Shown here: positions 51,785 to 61,560 of the stretch, in pieces
Numbering within the stretch: the stretch's first letter is position 1
Layout of the letters: each line of letters opens with the position of its first letter
Assembly (NCBI GenBank): GCA_001179505.1
Contig: CDMY01000308.1
Coordinates: forward strand, 62,001 to 126,000
Direction of reading: 5' to 3'
Length of the DNA: 64,000 nt
Origin: Vitrella brassicaformis CCMP3155
Taxonomy: Eukaryota; Protista; Chromerida
Program-made: the position numbers and the translations under genes
Notes under the pieces: generated by a model
Databases searched by the model: none
The model's input: the letters and a program-made list of their open reading frames with translations, nothing else
What the model was told of the DNA's origin: nothing

Positions 51785-54700
51785 TCAGGCGATGGTCCAG
51801 TCGATCTTGTGCGGCTCGGGTGTGGTTTGTGCACACGGACGGCACCACTTGTTGTACGTCCACAACTCCCACCGCACGCGGCACGTCTTCGCAACATCTA
51901 TGGGAGTTTTGCCCTGTTGCGAGAAGAATGACAGGCAGAAGGACAGGCATCGAACTCTCCATCGATGTGCCATCCACCCACGCCTGCATACCGTCCCGTT
52001 CTTGACTCGCACCAGATCCGAAGCGCCCCATCTCAGCAGCAACTTGACGGCCTCAAGACGATCGTAGAATGACGCCCAGTGCAACGCGGTGTTCATACCC
52101 ATGAACTGCACACCATAGAAGTCTTTTTGTGTGTGTGTGTCTCTCTCTCTCGTTGTCTGTGTGTGTCTCTCTCTTTGTGTGTGTGTCTGCCTGTCTGCCT
52201 CCTGTTTGTCAATATATTCATCAGCGCACATCGAATTGTGTGAGGGCGTCAGGGCCTCTCCAGCTGTAGAGGACTTTCATCGGCTCGATGGCGCCCGTAG
52301 ACGCAGCCCGCATGAACGGCGTCTTGCCGTTCTGCATAGGTCATCAAGGAACACACGACACATCGAAGACAGCCGTATGGATCGCTTCCCCGCTCACGAT
52401 GTCTCTAGCGTCGAGCAGCTGCAACGGCCCTAGCACGAGGGACCCCCACCCCAAAAGCTGTCTCACAACTCCTGCGGCCGGATCGCCATGCTCCTTCGCG
52501 GCTATGTGGAGCGCCGTCTCGCCAAGCTGCATGCATAATTAGTTGTGACCATTACATGCAGACGAATCAGATGTGTAAGGGATGTTACACGTACTGCGTC
52601 TTGTTGTGTGAGAAGCGCTGGCGTGCCGTAGTCGTTGTAGATGACGTTCAAGACGGCATACTTGCCGTTCTGGGCAGCGAGACTCGCTGCTATGTGCCAC
52701 AAGGTGTAGCCTTCGGCATCTGGGACCTGATGCAAACACCTCATGTTCGCATGCACCGTCATTGACTTGACTTGATCTCTGTAGAAGTTTGCACTGTACC
52801 TCGAGTATGTGCTTGCCGTGAAAGTCGATCCAGTTCTTCACTTTGTTCAATCGACCTGCTTCACTCTCGTCGGACGTAATAGCCGCAACAATCCGCCCAA
52901 TGTCTCTCTGCACCCATGGACAGAAAACAATAGGGCACACGTATGCAGCATCTTATGGCGTGTCACAGCTCGCTATCTATCTCTCAGAAAGACACACCTG
53001 CGCCTGGCTCTCCATCGCATTTCGGACGTCCATGTTCTGAGCCAGATCCATCGGTGTTTTGTCCTGCATAAGATAATGGGGTGGACAGTGGCGTGTCTCC
53101 TTTTGTCCAGCTTCTCAGCTCACCAGTACGTTCTTGATGTACAGGAGAGAAACCGTAAGGTCGGCCCACTGAAGCAGGAGTTTGACTGCCTCAAGCCTGC
53201 CCATCACTGCAGCCTTGTGGAGAGCGGTATTGTGTTCCTGCAGACACACAGACACAGAGGGAAGCCGGTTGGAGTGCATGTCTCTCTCCAGCTGCCTATA
53301 CGGACGGACTGTTCTATGTCTATACGTACATCGTTTTGCTGAATGAGGAGCTCCTTGCGCTTCTCCTCGGCTGTTTTGTTATAGAGCAGCCGCATGACGT
53401 CAATTTTGCCGCTCAACACAGCATACTGGAACGGGGTGTCGTTCATCTGCGTGCATGCGTACATTAAGGCAGACGGGCCGATCTGTACTGACGTGTCTTC
53501 CCGTCTACATACTCGCGATCGGGCGTCGATGAGGTCAGCTGACCACTCCAATATCTGCTCGACAACCGGAAGATGTCCGTGAAACGCCGCGTAGTGGATT
53601 GCCCTCTGACCAGCCTGCATACAGATACATGCACATGCACATGCACATGCAGATCTATAGGTCCATTCACGCCTCGTGCAGCCATCTGTGTGTCTCCCAT
53701 CCCGTTTGGATGTGGTGTTCACTCACGCTGTCTGCCTGTTCCAAAATCGACGGCCCATACGCATCGTACATCACTTTGAGCAGCTCACAATGGCCGGCAA
53801 TCGCGCCTTGTAGAAACGCAGTTCCCTGGCATACAAATGATCAATCATCGACCATAGAGAGAATGACGGTATTGTATCCATGGATACGCTCTGCGAATCT
53901 CTTTGGTCGAGGATATCCTTGCCATGCAACTCTATCATTCTCTTGACGGTCTCCACATCGCCAGCCTTGGCCGCAGTAGACATCGTCTCGATGTCTTTCT
54001 GCGCACGATTGGTCAGGCAAGCAATGGAGCAGCCAGCTGTTACGATGAAGAAGCAACCCTCAGTGCGTGTCTGACTTGTTGAGGTTCCTTGCGGAAGACT
54101 CCCGGTGGCTTGACAGTGCTGGGCGGCCCGGTAATGGTGGATCCCATGCTCTGCGGGGACGGACCGATGGGAGACACACCGATCGGCGAAATTGGGGCAG
54201 GCACAGGCGAAACATACACAGGTCCTGCATGCGGACAGGAAGCAAGCAATTCACATCCTTGTGTGTGATTCTTAATCGTCTTCATCGTGGGACAGACCTG
54301 GCGGAAGACGCAGCTTCTCCAAAAGCTACCAGAGGAAGAAACAACATGTGGAAGGGAGCAAGCTAAGCACATGTAGATCACCTGTTCCGCTGTGGGTCTG
54401 TCAGCGGGATTGTAGGCAAAGCAACTCTGACGGACGGACACAAGGCAAAGACAAAGAAGCGACCGATACACAAGATACGAAAGAAACACGCCTCTTCTTG
54501 TTGTCCTTTACCTTGATTGCTTTCTGCACGTGCTCAGAGAGCGTTGTCGGAACCTCTGGGATCTGACAGAGGGAAGCGAGGGCGTCAAATAGAGATGTCA
54601 CAAAGGACTGTGCGGACACCTCGGCACGAACAACGTGTGGAGCGCGTACCTTCTTGTTGACCACAACGTCAGTCATTATTCTCACTCCGGGCTTGCCGTC

Positions 54701-56054
54701 AAATGGGGGTGGACCTCCATGAACTTCCGTGAGAATGCCCCCGAGAGACCAGATATCACTTGCCGCTGTCAGATCGCCCACTGAGATGCCATGGAGACAA
54801 AAGAAATTACCCACGGATCGTTGACGAAATGCTGCACTGCAGCTATCCTCTGATTGGTCGCTTACATTTTTCGTCATACGCTTCAGGGCCCATGTACGCA
54901 TGTGTCCCGCCTCCTGCACGTGTGAGCACATCAAGAATTGGAAGCTAATGCTGGTCCCTACAACGTGATGTGCGTACTTGTTGACGTCTTCGTTGTCCTT
55001 TGGGTGTTTCTAGTCATGCCGAAGTCACTTATCTTCACAACCAGGCCCTCGCCCAGCTGCGAGTAGGATTAATGAATATGACACCGATAGAAAAGGCATG
55101 CCATCCTGATTGTCGTGACTCACCAACAGGTTGCCCGGCTTTAGGTCACGGTGTATGATTCCCATTCGGTGAAGATACTGAACGCCCTCACATATCTGAC
55201 ACACAACGGCAGGCAACGACAGGTAGACAAATTGATAAGAGAGCATTGGCTCGCCTACTTCTCTGGCAAACTTGCCGCGAAGTTCAGGCGACAGGGGCTT
55301 GTGTTTGGCAAGATATGAGGCCAGAGAGCCCCCCTCACATAACTCTGCACAGGAAGAAAAGGGCAATCGATGCCGTACAAATGAGACATAAAGCTGACCT
55401 GTGACAATCAACAGTCCACGCTGATCAGAACAAATGCCCAAGAAACGGACGATGTTGGGATGGTTTAGATGCATCTTAGAAATCCAAAGACAAAGAGAGA
55501 CACTGTTCAGGAAGGGCAAAACGCCGGCGACGCAACCGCTTACAAAATGTCCGGCCTCGCTCAGCACCTCCTCCATCACCTCCTGGGGCCCAGGCAGACA
55601 GATGCCATTGTACGTGATCGCTATGAGAGCTGTGTGTCATCTGTGTACATGTCTGGCGAGCTCGTTGCTGATTTCCTCGTTAGCGACCTTGACAGCCACT
55701 GGCCGTCCCTTCCACAAGCCCCGTCCCGAAGGCTCCCCGCCCTGTGGAACAAGCGAACACAACAAAGACCGAGGGACTGAAACTGCTGATTCTCCCTGGG
55801 CCCACCGACCGATCTTGTCGTCCTCGCTGAAGGTGAGATCCTTTTGCTTGATCACCAAGTTTGGTTGTGACATGCTGCATGGGACAGAATCCATACACGG
55901 AAAGGGGTGCCATGGTCATTCCTTTCGCCCTTTCGGCGCGGGGGGGTTACCTGACTGCAACTGGCGTTTGCCCAGCGTCGGGGCTTGCCGCTTGCCCGAT
56001 CGTTCCCTGGGCGTTACTGACTCTCTGGCCCGCTTTGCTGGAGGAGCTTCCCAT
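51785..56054 (-). CDS. TKL-type protein kinase with C-terminal ankyrin repeats and N-myristoylation motif; one frameshift in subdomain I (pseudogene or assembly error)
   Basis: Start MGSSSSK; kinase motifs IGRGAFGT, VAVK, HPNIVRFLG, HRDLKPGNLL, KISDFG, GTHAYMGPE, SDIWSLG and RPTAEQ. ANK motifs AIHYAAFHGH, TPFQYA, NTALHKAA, ETALHIAA, TPFMRAA and NTALHWAS. Frame breaks at 55721. Confidence 0.88.
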
Positions 56055-56507
56055 TTCCAAACAGGCACAAACGGGGAGGGAAGGGAAGGTTGGGGCCGCC
56101 TGGCCCCAACCCTTCGGCGCGGTGATCAGAATGCACCGCCTCGCATTGACATATCAATTGTCGACCTGGTGGTACACATCACGTATTCACATTGGCAGAG
56201 AATCCATTCGTCATGCAGGCCATGAGTGACTCAGTCAGTCAGGCAGTCAGTCGAATCGTTCATTCAACCATGCCACCAACAATCTCACCACACGCACTCC
56301 ACAGAGAACACAGCATGCATCCACCCCTCCATCCATCCATTTCCACCCATCAGTCCGTCCATCTCAAGCATCCCCACCGCCGGCTGCCGTAGGCTGCCGT
56401 GGCCACGGACAAGCAGTGAGCCTCACTGTACACGCAGATGAGAGAGATGGACATATCAGTCCGTTAGTCTACATCTGCGGGTAGATCATAGTCGAAAGAT
56501 GAGTGAA

Positions 56508-57907
56508 TCACTCTACGTCCAGCTTGTTGCCGAACAGCCTCTGTGCGTCGGCCCCCATGACCTGCCGCGCCACCTGCACCGTCAGCGGGAACCTGGCGGC
56601 CCCCTCCCTGCCAGCCACAGGGCGCTCCGTGGTGAACAGGTAGACGGAGGCGCTGATTACGTAGACGTAGGCCTGGAATGTGTGTCCCGGCTGGTCGCCG
56701 TGGATCACTATCACACTGTGGAAGCCTTCTGCTGCCCACGGCTGGTGGACCGTGCTGGTGGTGTGGCAGTTCCACACGGGCGGCGGCTGCCTGGTGAGTT
56801 CCCGCTGAAGAGAAAAGGAGAGAGGAAATGGTTGAGCCGCGCATCTCGTGAGGCATCCGTGTGTAGATGTGTGTCTAACTTACTGACCAGCCGCGCATGG
56901 CGTACGGCATTCTCGTGCGGTAACGCGAACTGCGAGGCGGCCATCTGAACCTGATGGACTGACTCCCATACACATACTGAGGAGACACACCATGAAAGAG
57001 AATTCTAGCGAATTGTGTGTATGTTAGTTATGCTCCTCTTATGATCCTGTTACTTCTGCACGACGGCATCGCGAACTGAGGCATAGTCATGGCCTGCAAC
57101 AAGACATACACACATGCAACCACATGATGAATCATCCACCGCTATTTCCCCATCCATTCTCCCTTTCTCACCCTGATGACCACACACGGGGTTGTTCGGG
57201 TCAAATCTATCGCGGAATGGGTGGTTGGCCGTCAGCGTCTGCAGTGTGACGATGGTCAGCTGACTGCCGTCAAGCCACTCCTCGCCATTCACGCGCTCGA
57301 GCGTCGCGTCACCACGATGGCTGATGCGCCGCCCGATAAACGACAGCTGCCGCAGCGCCTCACACCGCCCGTCGAACACCGCCCGGCTGCCTACCGCCTC
57401 CACGTCAGCACTATGCAGCTCTATCGGCCATTTCCCCGGCCCATGCCCCAGATGCTCCGCCATCCTCACTATGGCCTCCCACCCCACCCACGCGCCGCCA
57501 TTCTCGATGACATACTGCCGACACACACAGACATGACAACAGACACAGCAAACGTGAAAGCCGGAGTGCGTCCAACTGAGTACCAGCAGCCGCAGCAGGA
57601 AGTCCATCGGCCGCAGCTGGTCCCTCCGCGCCCGCCGCGGCACCCGATAGCTGACGACATTCTGGATGGCCTTGGCGACAATCAGGCGGTCTATCTGCGA
57701 TTTGAGGTAGTCATCCGACACACGCTGGCTGCCGAGGGGGCATGTGTGCCGAAAGAGAGCGAGGCCGTCAGCGCCAATTGCGAAAAACAGCTCCCGCTCG
57801 ATGTCCTGCGGCAGGCGGAACAAACAGGGCGGCTGATTGGCCGAATCAGCAGCAGCGCTGGAGGCGGCTGCTGAGGCCGCCACCGGGGCCTTCTGTCGTT
57901 TCCTCAT
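56508..57907 (-). CDS. Uncharacterised lineage-family protein with F-box-like segment, paralogue B'
   Basis: MRKRQKAPVAASAAASS...LFRLPQDIERELFF; ends HSVIVIHGDQPGHTF...LFGNKLDVE*. High similarity to gene B. Confidence 0.75.
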
Positions 57908-58051
57908 CCCTACACTGCAGCAGCTGATCCCTCCACAGCAGCGGTTTCAAGTCCCCTGTCGGTCTGTAACATGGTCCCCGCGATTTGGCCAAGCTCGCCG
58001 CGAAACCCGAAAGGGTGCGAAACCCTAGGGCTGCGTTTTCTCCGCGTACAG
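57908..58051. promoter_or_regulatory. Candidate bidirectional promoter between B' (-) and TMCO1 (+)
   Basis: 144 bp between divergent ATGs, free of microsatellites. Confidence 0.45.
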
Positions 58052-59026
58052 ATGATAAGTGACATTCACAAGACGGACACTCTCTGGGTGCCATTCTACG
58101 CACTCATCGTGGCTGTTGTCAGTGAATGTGAGTGAGCACGAGAAGAGCCGGGACGCACAGATCTCTGTGGTTCTCTTGTGTTGTGTGCTTGTGTCTGCAG
58201 TTCTGAGCTGGCTTTTGATCTATCGGACGTCGCAGTACAAGAAGATCAAGAACGACGTCGACAGAGCCGTCAAGAAACGTAAGCCGAAATGACACGGGAC
58301 CGATCGCTGGCTGATGCCGTGACTGTGTGTGTGTGCCTGTGTGTGCGGTGCCTCCCTCCCTGATGCGTCAATCACTCACTGCGTCACTGACGTCAGTGAG
58401 CAGGAGTAAGGATGCAGTGGTGGGTATCCTCAACAAGAAGGCCCAGAGTAAGAAGATCAAGGACGACGAGAGGGAGCTGCAGAAACTCAACCGCGACATG
58501 TACTCCATGCGCATGAAGGGGCAGTTCTTCCTCATGTTGATCATGGGCGCCTTCTACGCTATCTCAGCTTCTTCGTAAGAAGCTGTCAGCCAGCCAGCCA
58601 GCCAGCGGGGGTCAAACAAGCGACCGACCTCACTCACACACACGCCGGCCGACCGGCCGGAATGTGGACCTCTGTGTGAGTGTGTCTGCAGGTTCGAGGG
58701 CATTGTGGTGGCGAAGCTGCCCTTCGAGCCGCCCTGGTTCCTCCACGGCCTCACACACAGGGGGCTGGTGGGGCAGGACTACACCGACTGCTCATATTCC
58801 TTCTTGTACGTCATCTCGACCATCTGCCTACGCATCAACCTTCAAAAGCTCCTCGGTCGGTGGGCGGTGGGGGGCAGTGCACACCCACACATATGGGATG
58901 GGTCCCTTGAATGCTCTGTGTGTGTGTGTGTGTGTGTGTGCTGCAGGGACGGCGCCGTCCGCCGCTCAGGCTCAGATGATGCCAAGCGGGTTCCAGTTGC
59001 CCGACCAAGCCGCCGCAATGAGATGA
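58052..59026 (+). CDS. TMCO1: TMCO1 (DUF106/EMC3-Oxa1 superfamily) ER membrane protein
   Basis: MISDIHKTDTLWVPFYALIVAVVSE|FLSWLLIYRTSQYKKIK and FEGIVVAKLPFEP...GLTHRGLVGQDYTDCSYSFLYVISTICLRINLQKLLG match the TMCO1 consensus. Confidence 0.93.
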
Positions 59027-59737
59027 ATGAATGAATGACGCTCTCTCTGATGATGGGATGCAGGCGGACGGCCGGACACCAATCAACAGAGACAGACAGA
59101 CAGACAGAGAGGGAGGGATGGAGGCGTCAATGGCTCTCTGTGAGGCGACTGGCTCTCTCTGTGAGTGCGAATGACTGCATGGATTTTGTGCCCATTCGTT
59201 AAGACTTCAACGAGCAGACAGGGACTCTTGGCGCCAACTGCATGAGCCTCCACCTGTCGGTCAGTCAGTCAGTCAGTCTGACACTCATTCATCCCTCCAT
59301 TTATGTGTGTGTCCGCGCGCGTGTGTGTGTGTGTGTGCCACACAAGATGCGCTCCCAATCTTCAAGCTTGCAGATTGGGAGCCATTATGGACACATCAAA
59401 ATTGTTGAACGGACAGGCAAAATCGGTACATGCAAGATGAGACAGGGACCAAAAATACACATGCACCATCCCGTCCCCGCGCACATATCGACACCATCAA
59501 GGGAGACAGGCAGCGGCACAGCAAGTGTCCGGACCATCTTGACCACACACACTTACGGCAGTCAGACAGTCAGGCTGTCAGCTATCGACAAGAGATCGGA
59601 ATATCTCCATCTGTCCACCCGACCGTGTGTGTGTGTGTGTGTGTGCATTGTCTACCTTTCTCGGCCGACCGGGTCTGATGGATGAGTGTGGCCGTCTCAT
59701 CTATTATCTACTGTCTGTCTATGTGTCTATGTGTCAG

Positions 59738-61372
59738 TCAGAAGTCTTCGTTGAGCGAGAAGTAGTCCTTGGGGTGGGTGTCTGAGCCCGACAGGCACAC
59801 CCGGATGTGCCGCGAACCGGTGCTGGGCTGCACCTCCTGGCCCTCACACTGCATCAACCAACCACACCATACACACGTTGATGGTGTTGAAAAGTCCTCC
59901 TCCCATCTGTTCTGTGTGGCGTGTGTACCTTGCTGGTCATCTCTTGTGTCATGGCTGTGTATGGGTTGGGGGTCATGAAGGCCTTGCCGTGGGACAGCGA
60001 CTCCAACACGCTGTCGGCACACCACTTGTGGTACCCCACCAACTCATCTAGAGAACAGATGACACCACACACCACACATATATCGGTGCACTCGTGTGTG
60101 CGAGCACACACCGACCTCTGTTGATGCCCATGCTTTGGTAGTCGACGAGGGCGTCCATCGCCGCAACGCTCTTCTCAACCGCATCCTTGGCCATGCACAC
60201 AACCTGGCACACACACATAACAACACATCCATACACACGCATCCACGTGCATCCAGATGTGTGTGTGTGTGTACCAAGTCGTTAGGGAGTTTGTGTGTGA
60301 GCATTCGGTAGAGGAGTGCGGCGAAGTCGCTGTGGGCCCGCTCGTCACGGCCGATCAGCGACTGCACCTGCACCAGCCCCGGCAGCAACTTGCGCCCCTT
60401 CAACACGTACGCTACCACATCGGTGCCTTGTCGACCGATCATCACAAAGAGAATCAACACATGGGTGCCGGCCTAGTGGGATGTGTCAATATGCACGCGC
60501 TCACCGGCTGAGAAGAGTCGCTTCATGAGTGCGCACCCGGCGGCCTTCTCGGCGAATGGTGTGTCGGTGCTGCAGTGCTCCTTGACGTACGCACCCAACC
60601 CCTGCACGGCCGGCATGCACAGCAACTCCTGCACCACACACACACACACACACACACACTGCACTTGCCCATCGATGGGCACGTGTGTGTTTGTGACCTT
60701 GATGTCGGCCTCCCTCTGTGTGGGGTCCGGCATGAGTGTTTCTGCGAGGTAGGTCTGCGCCTCCCGGTGTATGTTCTCCATGGCCACCTGCATGCCGTAG
60801 AAGGCGCGCGCCTCGGGGATCGTCACGTCACACAGCAGCCGACACGACAACACCGACAGATTCCCATACACACTACCATTGCTGCACACCCCCACACGTC
60901 CACACACGAGTGTGTGTGTGTTTGTTGTGTGGGGGCTGATGTGGTCCCCCACCTGGCTGAGTTGAGGAGTGTGAGTTTCTTGACGCTAGTGATGGCCTTG
61001 TCGGGGAGCGTGGCGAGGCCGCCGGCGTCCTGCGCGAAGTCGATCTCCTCGGCCGTCCAGAAACACGCCTCGTGCTTCTTGAACATGTCCTGAGCAAACG
61101 ATGCCATCCACAGAGAGCCATGCAGCAGATGGCAGATCATCATGCAGATCAGATCAGCTCACCCAAACTTGAGGGTACGCGATGGGCAACACTACCTACA
61201 CCCACATCACACGGCATACCCACACACATCCATCCATCCATCCATCCATCCATCTCCCCTTGTGAAGGTTTCGTTGGTCCACACTCACCCATCTACCGGG
61301 GTTGTCCTTCAAGATCTGCTCCTCCGCCTCGTGGCCTCGCAGCGCCGCACGGCAAGAGGACACGTCCATCAT
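59738..61372 (-). CDS. RRM2: Ribonucleotide reductase small subunit (R2)-like protein, divergent, with a degenerate metal/radical site
   Basis: EEQILKDNPGRW|VVLPIAYPQVW|DMFKKHEACFWTAEEIDF, EARAFYGMQVAMENIHRE, LPGL..LIGRDERAHSDFA, WCADSVL, NPY and C-terminal FSLNEDF*. Confidence 0.9.
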
Positions 61373-61560
61373 CCCAACACTACACCTGAAAGTCGCCTCA
61401 ATCCGCCGCTACGGTGCCAGTGGCTGTGCGGCTTGCGTCCTCAGCTGCACACAGCGGCTGAAACGAGGCGAAAACACATCAGTTCGACCGGATGACATGA
61501 GCTCGCAAGTGAGGTGGGCGGCGCGGAGCGGGTTTGCAGCTTGTAGATTGATGTGTAACG
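61373..61560. promoter_or_regulatory. Candidate bidirectional promoter between the R2-like gene (-) and TDP1 (+)
   Basis: 188 bp between divergent ATGs; the R2 start codon is provisional. Confidence 0.45.

Noticed and set aside
55434-56225. 263-aa plus-strand ORF
   Set aside because: It is antisense to well-supported kinase exons and has no recognisable motif.
13000-58000. Autonomous transposon or retroelement
   Set aside because: No reverse transcriptase, integrase, DDE transposase or Rep/helicase motifs, and no LTR/TIR pairs, were recognised.
58018-58030. AAACCCTA telo-box or interstitial telomere
   Set aside because: Single copy, expected by chance; no tandem array.
59738-61372. Metal-free class Ie RNR beta subunit
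   Set aside because: Class Ie keeps the radical Tyr (as DOPA) and changes a different set of Glu ligands. Here the Tyr is Gln, the E115 and E238 equivalents are intact, and the gene is intron-rich eukaryotic type.
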